Of a stretch of 64,000 bases of DNA, positions 18,643-28,828 are shown one piece after another. Under the pieces are notes generated by a model, which did no database searches, had not been told where the DNA came from, and saw only the letters and a program-made list of their open reading frames with translations. Within the stretch, counting starts at the first letter, position 1. Each line of letters starts with the position of its first letter. The DNA is from Promethearchaeota archaeon. GTDB taxonomy: Archaea > Asgardarchaeota > Heimdallarchaeia > Hodarchaeales > Hodarchaeaceae. The stretch covers positions 1 through 64,000 of the forward strand of contig JBHLMN010000002.1 of assembly GCA_048938105.1 (NCBI GenBank), written 5' to 3'. Both the position numbers and the translations under genes were made by a program.

Positions 18643-19107
18643 GTGAAATACTATCAAATATCGTTTGATCAGATGAAACAAATCAATTTCACCCAGCTGG
18701 GCCCCTTCCTTCTGGATCGAGTCCCTAAAGATGATATTATTTTTCACTACATCAAAAGTGACACAACTGGTTTTACTGTCTTAGCAGCTAATCTCGAGGC
18801 AATGAATTTTGCTAAAAAACATGAATTTAAAGAGATCTCGTTTGCGCAGGATAAAAATGTGAAACTCAATGAAGTAGCTATTGACGTTCTGACAACTACT
18901 CGAAGCTCCCTACGACGACCTGGTGACGAGGCCATTTTGAAAAACAATTCTGATTTAATCATTGAAATGCATATTATCTTGAAAGAGTTGATTGACTTAG
19001 TTGGCATACCCGTCGATTATTGGAAGCGTTTTTTAGCAAAATACGATAAACAAGAGGGGAAGAAAATTCGTGACATAATTACTAAGGTAGTTACTCCACA
19101 GAAGTAG
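18643..19107 (+). CDS. Hypothetical protein (154 aa)
   Basis: GTG start preceded by an AGGAGTGA RBS. No motif recognised. Confidence 0.7.
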   Translation: MKYYQISFDQMKQINFTQLGPFLLDRVPKDDIIFHYIKSDTTGFTVLAANLEAMNFAKKHEFKEISFAQDKNVKLNEVAIDVLTTTRSSLRRPGDEAILKNNSDLIIEMHIILKELIDLVGIPVDYWKRFLAKYDKQEGKKIRDIITKVVTPQK

Positions 19108-19224
19108 TTTTTCAATAAGGACAGCTTGTCAATTAATCGATCTCATATGAAATTGACTTCCCTTATGTATACTATAAAAAAATATCAACTCAACTTTATT
19201 CAGAATACGCTGAAGGTTTTTCAG

Positions 19225-20955
19225 ATGACAAAAAAATCGTATTTTGTCCTTGGATGCTTTTTTCTAACCTTCTGTGGCAGTTTTTCTCCTGTCAGCGCCG
19301 TTGATTATACAATAATGGCACAAAATCTCCTTCTTGTAAGGGATTGGCCAAATGTCTCTTTGATTTATCCAAACAAGTTCCACACTCCCCCTGAAGTAGT
19401 CGAAGAATTAGAGCTCCTTAATGATACGGCCCCAGATATTATAGATCTCTTTACTATCGGTGATAGTATTGAAGGTCGGGCAATCTATTGTGTGAGAGTG
19501 ACTAATGAACAAAATCCCCTCCCTAAAGCAGGTACGATGATTGTTTCCCATCAACATTCACGTGAACAGATAACAGTTGAAGCTGCACTTCGATTTCTCC
19601 ATCGGTTGGTAAATAACTACGGAACACATGAAGAAATCACTCAGTACATTGATTCTGAAGAAATTTTTGTCATTCCTGACGTTAATCCCGATGGTTTGCA
19701 CTATGTGCTTGGAAATGAAACCCTTCCGAGTGATTATTGGTTACGGAAGAATTTACGTCAGTTCGACGATGACAATGATGGTGAATTCGATGAAGATCCC
19801 GCTGAAGATGTGAATGGAGATGGAATTGTCTCAGGATATGATGTCTATAAAAAATCAGGAGGCGAATGGGTGTTCCAATATACGTATTTTGAGGGTAATG
19901 ACTCTGATGGCGATGGTTTCATCAATGAGGATCCTCGTGGAGGTGTTGATTTAAATCGGAATTTTGGCTACCGTTGGAACGACTCGACTTGTACAACTGG
20001 TTCTACAGGCAATACATTAGATGAGTGTTTTCCAGGAACTTCTGCATTCTCTGAACCAGAAACCCAGGCTTATTGTGATTTTGTGAAAGATAAGTCTTTT
20101 GCTATGGCCATCTCGCTCCATTCAGGAATTAATGCAACTTATTTTCCTTGGGCATCAGAGGTTGCCGTTTGGCCTGAACCATTCTTGTATACTGAGATCT
20201 ATAATGATCTAAAAGACATCTTACCCTACAGATTCTTTGGTGAAGGCTACCTGGGGTCTCGAGCTAAAGCCACGATAGCCACGGTTGATTATACCAGTGC
20301 TGGTTCTTGGGATGATTGGATGTATGCAGAACAGGGTTGTGTTGTACCAATGACTTTCGAAATCTATCATAATGGATCCTATGTAGATTTCATTGAGGTT
20401 GAATCAGAGAATAACACGCATCTGATTGAACGGTGGGATTGTATCTACGAATATTTTGCCCCTACAGAAGCTGGAAAGAATTTTGACGCTTTATGGAGAG
20501 ATATTCAACCCGCATTTGATTATTGGTTAAAAAATACCCCTCGCTTAGTACTCAACGTTAAATCTGTCACAGGAGGTAATACAGAAGGTGATTCGGTCAC
20601 TGTAAAACTTGATGTGCAGAATCTGAGTCCACGACTATCTACTGTTACCGATTTGAATGTTCTTAGGGATAATTTCACTTCTGTGCTTTATCATGGTTCA
20701 TCTGTAACAATATCGGCTATAGAAGCTGCTGATAGCGATAGCAAATCCTTTACCTTTAAGTTAGAAGATTCACTTTCCCCTAATACAAATATTACTTTTC
20801 TAATTGGCAATGACTACGTTGGTTACTCAAAAATTAGTTTTCAGGGAAATCAGATCACAGAAAGTACTCCTGTAAATATTATTATCGTTTTAGTTGCAAT
20901 TCCAATTCTTATTACTCTAAAAACGATTTCATGCGAAAATAAACGCAAAAGATAA
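19225..20955 (+). CDS. Secreted, membrane-anchored M14 zinc carboxypeptidase
   Basis: Signal peptide MTKKSYFVLG...VSA; HSRE (HxxE), NPDG, GVDLNRNF, SEPET, ISLHSG and TFEI. Asp-rich Ca-binding-like loops DDDNDGEFDED, DVNGDG and DSDGDG. C-terminal TM plus basic tail. Start moved from 19126 to the ATG at 19225. Confidence 0.9.
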   Translation: MTKKSYFVLGCFFLTFCGSFSPVSAVDYTIMAQNLLLVRDWPNVSLIYPNKFHTPPEVVEELELLNDTAPDIIDLFTIGDSIEGRAIYCVRVTNEQNPLPKAGTMIVSHQHSREQITVEAALRFLHRLVNNYGTHEEITQYIDSEEIFVIPDVNPDGLHYVLGNETLPSDYWLRKNLRQFDDDNDGEFDEDPAEDVNGDGIVSGYDVYKKSGGEWVFQYTYFEGNDSDGDGFINEDPRGGVDLNRNFGYRWNDSTCTTGSTGNTLDECFPGTSAFSEPETQAYCDFVKDKSFAMAISLHSGINATYFPWASEVAVWPEPFLYTEIYNDLKDILPYRFFGEGYLGSRAKATIATVDYTSAGSWDDWMYAEQGCVVPMTFEIYHNGSYVDFIEVESENNTHLIERWDCIYEYFAPTEAGKNFDALWRDIQPAFDYWLKNTPRLVLNVKSVTGGNTEGDSVTVKLDVQNLSPRLSTVTDLNVLRDNFTSVLYHGSSVTISAIEAADSDSKSFTFKLEDSLSPNTNITFLIGNDYVGYSKISFQGNQITESTPVNIIIVLVAIPILITLKTISCENKRKR

Positions 20956-21098
20956 TCAACCTAGGTAAATCTTCTTCCTCCTCTCTTCTTTTTAGTTCTC
21001 TATTTTGAATTATATTAATAAAGAAATTCTAATATTGAAACATTTAAATAACAGAGTTAAGTCATACTGCTTAATTGCTAAACCACTAAAAGAATGAG

Positions 21099-21410
21099 AT
21101 GAGGTATAATATGGAAGGTAGAAGTGTCTTTGTATTTATTCTATCAGTTCTTGTGTTTATTCTAATTTTGTCTGGAGTGGGTGCCCTCGTGTTCCATGTG
21201 ATAAATTATGATGTCCCTATTTATATGTTCGAAGAAGAAACGATTGGTAACGAAACCTTTGCAGAAGTCGTTTATAGTGAAGCCTATATCGGGAAACGTG
21301 ATACTAATACTTTTCTTGAGATTTTAGCGTTAATGATTTTATCCCTCTCAATTTTTTATGCGGGGTTGTTGAATTATTTAAAGACACCGAGGTTACGAAG
21401 GAAAGAATAG
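21099..21410 (+). CDS. Small two-TM membrane protein
   Basis: Two hydrophobic helices and a basic C-terminus. Confidence 0.7.
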   Translation: MRYNMEGRSVFVFILSVLVFILILSGVGALVFHVINYDVPIYMFEEETIGNETFAEVVYSEAYIGKRDTNTFLEILALMILSLSIFYAGLLNYLKTPRLRRKE

Positions 21411-21490
21411 CAACTCATTCGAATGGATTTTTACTATTGAGTTTAAGAATCAATCAATAAACTCTCTATAGCCAGTTAATTAGATAAAAA

Positions 21491-21612
21491 AAAACTAGGA
21501 TTAAATCCCATAGAATTTGATTGAGAACAGAAGACACAATATATACTCCAAATTCCCCTAGAAGGGGGCTATATTACTTCATGCAGCCTCAACAATGATT
21601 ATGGCTTTATCT
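21491..21612. repeat. Degenerate direct repeat, copy A (decayed 3' end of the 27391 gene)
   Basis: Aligns at roughly 80% identity by eye with 27380-27502, including the exact 22-mer ACTCCAAATTCCCCTAGAAGGG. Confidence 0.85.
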
Positions 21613-22044
21613 ACCGATTAAAGGAGTTTGATGCTATCCCTCTTATCGAAGTAACCAATTGAATTCTTAATACAACAACTAAAGATACCAGAAGTGGATA
21701 ATATCGATCTGGAAGTTATTTCAAGACATAATAGAGTTTAGATAACTATTTCCTTTTTTATAATAAATGATTATTAATTAAGAAGATAATTTCATCTTAA
21801 GATTATCTTATAGAAATTTTCCTAATTAACGATTGTACAATAATTAATGATAAAAAATAATGGAGAAACACTATTGTATTCAGAGAAGGCTAAACATAAA
21901 TATTGTAATTTATCTCAAGTACCTAGAAAGGTAAATAGAATTACTGAGTTATAGATAGTCATTATATAATTATAAGCCTTACTTAATATCCTTAATTTAT
22001 CCACAAAAAAGGATTGTCTTATACAGTGGTTCAGATATCAGGTT

Positions 22045-23139
22045 GTGGAGAAGATATACGAATTAGATTGTGCTATTTGGGAAATTACGCTTGCATGTAA
22101 TATGAACTGCAAGCACTGTGGATCTAGTGCTGGTATAGCGAGAGAAAATGAGTTAAATACGAAAGAAAGCTATATATTATGTGAAGCACTTGCAGAAACA
22201 AAATGTAATGTAGTTAGTCTTATGGGTGGGGAACCTTTTGTTCGTAAAGATTGGCATTTAATAGCAGAATGTATAAAAGACTTGGGAATGGACTTAGCAC
22301 TTGTATCAAATGGATTGTTGATACCTAGAGAGATTGATATAATCGACCGTTTAGAAACACTTGTCGTTGGTATTTCTTTAGATGGAATGGAAAAAAATCA
22401 CGACATGATCAGAAAAAAGGGGGCTTATAAATCGGCTATAAAAGCAATCGATCTTTTAACAGAGCGTAATATTCAAACTACGGTCATTACCACTTTAACA
22501 AAAGAAAATTTTTTTGATCTACCAAAACTCAGAAACATCTTGATTGATAAAAACGTTAATTGGCAAATTCAAGTGGGGGTACCTTTTGGTAACCTTGACC
22601 CCAATCTAGTTATCGATAAAGAAGAATATTACGCCTCTGCAATGTTCATTGCATCTGAGAGTATTAAAAATAAATTTGAAGACATGCCTGTTGTTGGTGC
22701 TCATTGTTATGGTTATAACTCTTATTTACTACCGACTGGTAAAAAATGGTCAGGATGCACAGCAGGAATCTCTACTGTCGGTATAACCTCCGATGGATCA
22801 ATAGTAGGGTGTCTTTCTATGGGAAATGACCAATTTCTGGAAGGGAATGTCAGAAACCTTAGTTTTATTGATATCTGGGAGAATCCCAATTCTTTTTCGT
22901 ATAATCGTCATTTTAACAAAAAAGATTTGGGAAAAAACTGTCAAGGCTGTTATTATGGAAGTTCATGTAAAGGAGGATGTAATTCAGTATCTTTTCATCT
23001 AACAGGTCAATTTCATAACTCCCCCCTTTGTTTGAGACGAATTGAGGAAACAATCTTGGATGTTAAACTCTCAAAAAGGGAAAAAATTGCCCATTTATTT
23101 TTCAAAAGTAAAAATGAGATAAAAAAATGGCCAAATTGA
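22045..23139 (+). CDS. Radical SAM/SPASM peptide or protein maturase, splicease (PlpX)-like
   Basis: WEITLACNMNCKHCGSSAG..RENEL, GGEP and WQIQ...GN; SPASM WSGCTAG...GITSDGSIVGCLS and CQGC...CKGGC...C. Confidence 0.88.
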   Translation: MEKIYELDCAIWEITLACNMNCKHCGSSAGIARENELNTKESYILCEALAETKCNVVSLMGGEPFVRKDWHLIAECIKDLGMDLALVSNGLLIPREIDIIDRLETLVVGISLDGMEKNHDMIRKKGAYKSAIKAIDLLTERNIQTTVITTLTKENFFDLPKLRNILIDKNVNWQIQVGVPFGNLDPNLVIDKEEYYASAMFIASESIKNKFEDMPVVGAHCYGYNSYLLPTGKKWSGCTAGISTVGITSDGSIVGCLSMGNDQFLEGNVRNLSFIDIWENPNSFSYNRHFNKKDLGKNCQGCYYGSSCKGGCNSVSFHLTGQFHNSPLCLRRIEETILDVKLSKREKIAHLFFKSKNEIKKWPN

Positions 23140-24413
23140 ATTTAGGTTGTGGATTATACTACAAACCTGGATATGTTAATATTGATAGATATGAAGAATC
23201 TATTAGCGATATGAGAGCAGATATTCGTCACTTACCATATAATAATAACAGTGTTGAGGAAATTGAAGCATCACATGTATTAGAACATTTTGATAGCATA
23301 ATACTTCCCTATTTATTATCAGAGTGGTATAGAATATTGAAACCACAAGGTGAATTACATATAGAAACCCCTCATTTAGTTAATACAGTAAAGAAGCTAC
23401 GATTTAGGCGCTACTCAAATCAGAAGAACACCTTACGATTTCTTTTTGGGATTGATCTTCCAGGCAATGTCCATAAATTTGGTTTTACCCCTTCTTTTCT
23501 GAAAAAAACATTGGAGCTAGTTGGATTTAGCAAAACAGAAGAAGAAAAACCTCTAAGTTTTAGAACAGAGAAAAGCTTTCGTATCAAAGCAGTGAAACCT
23601 GTGGGGGGGTCATTTTTTGATAAAACTCTTTTTCTTACAAGATTTCGCTGGAAAATACTGACTAAATTTCGAACCACTGATATATTGCTCTTAGAAGCTA
23701 TTGAAAATAATTGTATTGATCCATTAAATAAAATACTTCCAGAAAATGTTAAATTCTTCTTTGATACTGAAACAATAATATCTACATGTGCTAATTTCGC
23801 GTTGTTAAATCCAAAAGTAGCTAAAATCTTTCTCTCATTATTTCCAAAAGAAAAATGCAAAGAAATAAATACAGAAGTATTTGACTTCATGCAATCACAG
23901 AATTTCCCCTCTCTTTTCCTTGCTAATTGGGCCAAATGGAAGAAAAGACCTAAAGATCATATTGTTTCTATTACAAGGTTTCATATGCATTGGTCAAAGA
24001 AAATAGAACGTTTAATGGCCACAAAAAATAATTTTGAAGAAAATTTCAGTTATTTATTGTCATTACAAAAAAAAGAAGTAGGGTATTTTTCCTCAGAAGT
24101 TTTGAACCTTCATTCAATAAAATTAACGAATCAAGGAATTAAATCCTTTTCAAAAAATAATCTTAAAAAAGCAAATCAAATGTTCTTGGACGCGTTAAAA
24201 TATGATCCAACAAATGGACTCACGTATTGGAATCTTGCTAGGCTTTCTATCCAATTAAATGAAAGTAATGAAAAAATAAAACAATATTATATGTTAGCAG
24301 CGACGAATATTGGTAATAAAAAAAGAAAAAAAGACATTAAACAGGAAATGAGGGATTATTTGAGGAATGAAGGTAACTTCAACAAAATAGATCCAATACA
24401 GATACGACTTTAG
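23127..24413 (+). CDS. Class I SAM-dependent methyltransferase-like protein with C-terminal TPR
   Basis: KLNLGCG....GYVNID, LPY..NSVEEI.ASHVLEH, W.RILKP.G; C-terminal TPR (ALKYDPTNGLTYWNLA). Overlaps the rSAM stop. Confidence 0.85.
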   Translation: MAKLNLGCGLYYKPGYVNIDRYEESISDMRADIRHLPYNNNSVEEIEASHVLEHFDSIILPYLLSEWYRILKPQGELHIETPHLVNTVKKLRFRRYSNQKNTLRFLFGIDLPGNVHKFGFTPSFLKKTLELVGFSKTEEEKPLSFRTEKSFRIKAVKPVGGSFFDKTLFLTRFRWKILTKFRTTDILLLEAIENNCIDPLNKILPENVKFFFDTETIISTCANFALLNPKVAKIFLSLFPKEKCKEINTEVFDFMQSQNFPSLFLANWAKWKKRPKDHIVSITRFHMHWSKKIERLMATKNNFEENFSYLLSLQKKEVGYFSSEVLNLHSIKLTNQGIKSFSKNNLKKANQMFLDALKYDPTNGLTYWNLARLSIQLNESNEKIKQYYMLAATNIGNKKRKKDIKQEMRDYLRNEGNFNKIDPIQIRL

Positions 24414-24528
24414 ATAAATCAATTATAAGAAGATGATATATATGCAATGAAAGGTTTAAAAGACTTACAACCTATAAGTCCTAATAAGAACCTCTCAGAT
24501 AAATTAGTAGCTTGCAAGGCGAATATAT

Positions 24529-25023
24529 TTGAATACAGAAAAATTTCATGAAATTGGAGGAATGTTAAACACCGATGTTTCAAGCTTAAAACAAAAGAAA
24601 AGCAGTTTCCTTACAAAGCCAGTGTATTTTCTGATTCAATTTTTGATTTATGAAATTTCCTTATTACTCGGTTTATCAATCGCTTCCACTCAAGATAAAG
24701 CTACATATCCTATAACGTCACCTAATTCCTTATTTCTAATACCTTATTCATTCTTCATGCTTCTTCCAATACATGGAGTAAATGGAATCATTACAATACC
24801 AGGAAAGAGAAGATTTGGATTTAGTTACAAAATTAGAATAACTGTCTTTTTAATGAATTTACTAATATCAATGTATGCAGTTAGTTTGATCCTAGGGACT
24901 GTGTCTCCTGGAGCTGAAGGTGTAATGTATGGAGTATTTGACAGATCATCATTACTTCACAGAGGAGATCACAACAATAAGATTTGGATAAATTTTGTCT
25001 CATCCGATGATATTACCTTATAA
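24529..25023 (+). CDS. Membrane protein with a C-terminal GVMYGVF motif; candidate substrate of the radical SAM enzyme
   Basis: Two to three TM segments, then TVSPGAEGVMYGVFD. TTG start. Confidence 0.7.
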   Translation: MNTEKFHEIGGMLNTDVSSLKQKKSSFLTKPVYFLIQFLIYEISLLLGLSIASTQDKATYPITSPNSLFLIPYSFFMLLPIHGVNGIITIPGKRRFGFSYKIRITVFLMNLLISMYAVSLILGTVSPGAEGVMYGVFDRSSLLHRGDHNNKIWINFVSSDDITL

Positions 25024-25050
25024 TATTGTCTATATTTCATTATTTTCTCA

Positions 25051-26994
25051 TTAACGTAACCTTTTGGAGTATTTAAACCCTATTGCAGGTATTAAAATAA
25101 CAATTGGTAATAAACTAAAGAACAAGTAGAGGCTATTTCTGGTTTTAAGGTCAGGAGGAAACCTAAACCCTGGGTACATCGCTCGTGGATCTTTAGGATT
25201 CATGCCAAAGATAGGGTGCATATGGTTGATACCTATCTCTTGATAACCCCATTCGTATCCACAGAGAATCTTACCCCAATTAGATGTATTGATTTCCTCA
25301 GCTTGGGTTTGAATACCCATCAGAGAATCAATAAAGTCGTAGGTACCATCCCTAAGACCTGTAACAGCAGTTGTGGCCTCTTTCACCACTTTGTAAGTGA
25401 CTGGAGATAGACTAGGAGTTGGTATCCAGTTACCACCACCTACCATAGTAGGATCATGACCCATGACTGCTGGATCGTACTCTGGATTGGTTTTGATGAC
25501 GATGGTATCAGAGTCTGGGAACGAATCAAACATGTATTGGCCACAACCAATTGGAGCGTATTTGGTATTGGTGTCATCAGTCTTCCATTCCGCGAAGGGG
25601 ACTTTTGACATTTGAGCTTTTTGCAAAATATCGAGCTGGAATAAGACAGTTTCCACGTAAGGATAGAACTTAGGCAAGGTGAACGTGATTTCCATATCGC
25701 CAATTTTCTTAATATTACTAGCATTACCCACGATATTGAGTAATGTACCTCGGCTTGGACATCCGACATCTTTGTCTAAAGCAGCCTGATAGGAAAAGTA
25801 AACGTCATCAGCAGTCACAGCGGTGCCATCACTCCATTTAACTCCGTCTCGGATTGTAACTACCCATTCTAAGTAGTCATCACTGTGTGTCCATTTTTCA
25901 GCTAACCATGGGATTGCATGAGTAATATTGTATTCGCCTCTTCTCCTAGAGAGTTCACAGAAGATGTTATCAAGGATGATAAGGTCGTAATAACTGCTGG
26001 ATTCCAGTGGATTAAGATCAATATAGTCTCCAGGTTGAGCAATAACAGCCGAGGTTTGGCCAGGGATGGTTATGTTCCCAAGGTTTTGTTTAAATCCATA
26101 TAAGAGATCAAATCCTTTAACATTTATATCCATGCCAAAAACTAGAATTTCCTGCCAAATGATAGCAGTAGGTACTTGATCATAGCACCATTGCTGATAT
26201 TCTTTCAGGAGCTTCACTCGTTCGATGGGGTCAGGTTCAGCATAAATATCGGTCCATAACGCAGTCACATTCGGATATGCTTTATCTGCCCATTTACCAG
26301 AGGTAGGAGCACCATCCTCTATCCAGTAACAATTGCTTGATGGAGGGTAGCACGTTTTATCGTAATATTCTTTGTATGTCGGGTCAGGGGAAGCATTGCA
26401 GCCAACGAAAAACATGTCGTACCCACCATGCTCATAGTTATAGCCAGTACCGACTGGATCAAGGAAGAGACGGGGCATAATGATGTTCCAGTTCCACCAC
26501 TTTAAGTTTGTATCAATTCCAACATTGTTTAATGAATAGGAGATTAGTGATGCGCTGGCGCTGTTAGTAGTTGGGACAATTAGGGTCATTTTGAAATAAG
26601 GTACATTTGTGTGGGTTGTGTTGGTCCCATCAGCAGCTTCGTCATAAATTAGACCGAAAACATCTTTCAAAAGTTCTGCAGCCTTTTCAGGACTGTACTC
26701 TCTGGATTTGATAGTTGGTTCATATACACCTTCGAAGTTCACCCCGATAGGTGAGGGAATCGCTACAGCGTATTCCATATATATGTCATCAATGATCGTC
26801 TCACGGGGAATACAATAGTCTATTGCTTGACGTATTTTTTGGCGATCTTCATGATTAAGGTTATCATAATACCAACCTAACCCCTGATCTTTCCATGGAG
26901 CTTTATCAGCAGCCTGGATTGGAACGGTCATGAATAAGAAGAGGAAATTAAATGTTAATAGAGCTAGAAGTAATAATGCCCTTCCTTTGTGCAT
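25051..26994 (-). CDS. ABC peptide/nickel (family 5) solute-binding protein, circularly permuted, with signal peptide and C-terminal anchor
   Basis: KIRQAIDYCIPR and YSPEKAAELL lie near the N-terminus. DLNP..LAEKW..IRDGVKWSDG..VTADDV.FS and PIGCGQY lie in the C-terminal half. Confidence 0.85.
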   Translation of the reverse strand: MHKGRALLLLALLTFNFLFLFMTVPIQAADKAPWKDQGLGWYYDNLNHEDRQKIRQAIDYCIPRETIIDDIYMEYAVAIPSPIGVNFEGVYEPTIKSREYSPEKAAELLKDVFGLIYDEAADGTNTTHTNVPYFKMTLIVPTTNSASASLISYSLNNVGIDTNLKWWNWNIIMPRLFLDPVGTGYNYEHGGYDMFFVGCNASPDPTYKEYYDKTCYPPSSNCYWIEDGAPTSGKWADKAYPNVTALWTDIYAEPDPIERVKLLKEYQQWCYDQVPTAIIWQEILVFGMDINVKGFDLLYGFKQNLGNITIPGQTSAVIAQPGDYIDLNPLESSSYYDLIILDNIFCELSRRRGEYNITHAIPWLAEKWTHSDDYLEWVVTIRDGVKWSDGTAVTADDVYFSYQAALDKDVGCPSRGTLLNIVGNASNIKKIGDMEITFTLPKFYPYVETVLFQLDILQKAQMSKVPFAEWKTDDTNTKYAPIGCGQYMFDSFPDSDTIVIKTNPEYDPAVMGHDPTMVGGGNWIPTPSLSPVTYKVVKEATTAVTGLRDGTYDFIDSLMGIQTQAEEINTSNWGKILCGYEWGYQEIGINHMHPIFGMNPKDPRAMYPGFRFPPDLKTRNSLYLFFSLLPIVILIPAIGFKYSKRLR

Positions 26995-27379
26995 CTTCCA
27001 TTTCCCACAGACAAATATTCATATCAAACTAAATTACTGAATGTACTCTAGTCTTATCTCCTTTTTATGATTTACTTATATGAAGAACTCCTGACACTTT
27101 TTAAAGAAAAACAGGAGAAAGTTAAATATGTACTATAATATGCTTGATTGGGCTTATCAGCATTAGTTTTTCGTAATCAGAGATGAATTAAATGAAAAAC
27201 TATCAAAACTCTTTTGATCAGATAAAATAAATTGATTTTTCACCGTTAGAACCCTTCTTTATAAATAATTCAACTGCATGAAAAAAATGTAAAGTATAAT
27301 GAATTTAATGGAAGAGTTTTTTAATAATAAGCTCTATCTGATGATTTTCCACTGGATAAACCAATTAAGCCAGTAAAAG

Positions 27380-27502
27380 AAAACTAGGAGTTAATCCCAT
27401 AGAATCTGATCGAGAACTGAAGATGCAATATTAACTCCAAATTCCCCTAGAAGGGAGCCTAAATTACTTCGTGCTGTCCCACCAATATGTAAGACTTTAT
27501 CT
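27380..27502. repeat. Degenerate direct repeat, copy B (intact 3' end of the 27391 gene)
   Basis: Partner of 21491-21612, in the same orientation. Confidence 0.85.
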
Positions 27503-28071
27503 TTCTGAGCAATTATTATACCTTCTACTGGATCGATCTGTACTAGTTTTTCTTCTCCTTCTCGGACTGAGATCTGTTTCTTGTGAATGAGAACGAATTT
27601 ATTCTCTTCCTTAGATCCGATAAGAAGAAAATTCCTGCGGCCAAAAATAATATGTCCACACTCTTCATCTGTCTTACCAAATGATATGTTCATATGAGAG
27701 TCTGGGTCTTCTATTCGTTTTTTAAATTTTGAAATTATTGCTTGAGCTTGATTTCTTAATTCTTGAGTCTCTTCTCCATTAAGGGTACTCTTTGTGAGAA
27801 AATCTTCTAGTTTAATGAGCGGAAAGCCGAGGATGACTAAATTTGTACCTGAAAAGGTAGTAGTGTTTCCCACGCTTCCAGAGTCCGTGTAGATTATTGC
27901 ATCAACTACTACTTCAATACGTCCTAGAATTACGATTCCATCAGTTTCATCAGTTATGATTTCCAAAATTTTGGGCTGTTTAATAAGCGTGACTTTATAA
28001 AAAGGGGTGTAGAGAATTTCAGGTTTTCCGTGCCAATCAAAAATTTCATCTTTTAGTTGAATTGTTTTCAT
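27391..28071 (-). CDS. Hypothetical protein (226 aa), co-transcribed with the ArsR-type regulator
   Basis: The ATG at 28071 (MKTIQLKDE) lies just after the upstream stop. The longer 28191 start overlaps the regulator gene and is unlikely. Confidence 0.75.
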   Translation of the reverse strand: MKTIQLKDEIFDWHGKPEILYTPFYKVTLIKQPKILEIITDETDGIVILGRIEVVVDAIIYTDSGSVGNTTTFSGTNLVILGFPLIKLEDFLTKSTLNGEETQELRNQAQAIISKFKKRIEDPDSHMNISFGKTDEECGHIIFGRRNFLLIGSKEENKFVLIHKKQISVREGEEKLVQIDPVEGIIIAQKDKVLHIGGTARSNLGSLLGEFGVNIASSVLDQILWD

Positions 28072-28075
28072 CGCC

Positions 28076-28828
28076 CTATTCTTCCTCTTCAGGGAATTCG
28101 TCTTCCTCTTCTTCATCGGTAGAGTAGACGGGTATTGGAATCCTTTTCTTGGCTCGAGAATAGAGAAATTCCACCAATTTAAGTGCCTCACGTCCAGAGA
28201 ATGTTAGCATATATCTTTCCCGGACTCCTTCCTGTCGAACTAATCCTTCATCCTTGAGAATAGTAATATGGTGTTTGAAGTTGCCCCCACGTGTGTTTGT
28301 CTTTTCTGAAAGATCTGATTGACGAAGAGGTCTTTTTTCAAGCTCTTTAAGCATTCGAAGGCGAGTTTGGTCAGAGAGAGCTCCTATGATAGACGCTCCT
28401 TTCTGGAAAAATTCCTCTAATTCCTCCTCTGGGACAAAATATGGTTCTTTTCTTCTTCTTTTCCGCCCCCGTCGGTGAGTTGGAGGGGTTTGGAAGATAG
28501 AACCAACGGTACGATCAATAGTATCACCAATAGAGTCTAAAAGTCCTCCAATGTAGTGTTCAAATGAATCACTAAATCGTTTTCCCCAATCATCCCAACC
28601 CTCATCATCTATTCGGATGGCTATATCACCTCGTGGTTTTCTAGGAGGTCTTGGTGGTCTTGGTCTTCTTGGAGGGGGAAAATCTTCCTTTATATGACTG
28701 ATTTCCTCCTTTAAATCCCTCATCTGATCACGAAATTCCTGTTTCATTTCACGGAAAGATTCCTTAAGGTCATCAAAGGCCTCATCTTCATCTTGAGGTT
28801 CTTTAGTATCCTTATCCTCGTTATCCAT
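28076..28828 (-). CDS. ArsR-family winged-helix regulator with acidic and Pro/Arg-rich N-terminal regions
   Basis: ALSDQTRLRMLKEL...QSDLS...GGNFKHHITILKDEGLV...YMLTFSGR; low-complexity PPPRRPRPPRPPRKPR. Confidence 0.82.
   Translation of the reverse strand: MDNEDKDTKEPQDEDEAFDDLKESFREMKQEFRDQMRDLKEEISHIKEDFPPPRRPRPPRPPRKPRGDIAIRIDDEGWDDWGKRFSDSFEHYIGGLLDSIGDTIDRTVGSIFQTPPTHRRGRKRRRKEPYFVPEEELEEFFQKGASIIGALSDQTRLRMLKELEKRPLRQSDLSEKTNTRGGNFKHHITILKDEGLVRQEGVRERYMLTFSGREALKLVEFLYSRAKKRIPIPVYSTDEEEEDEFPEEEE

Noticed and set aside
28072-28191. N-terminal extension of the 27391 ORF overlapping the ArsR gene
   Set aside because: A better ATG at 28071 follows the upstream stop directly, so the overlap is not needed.
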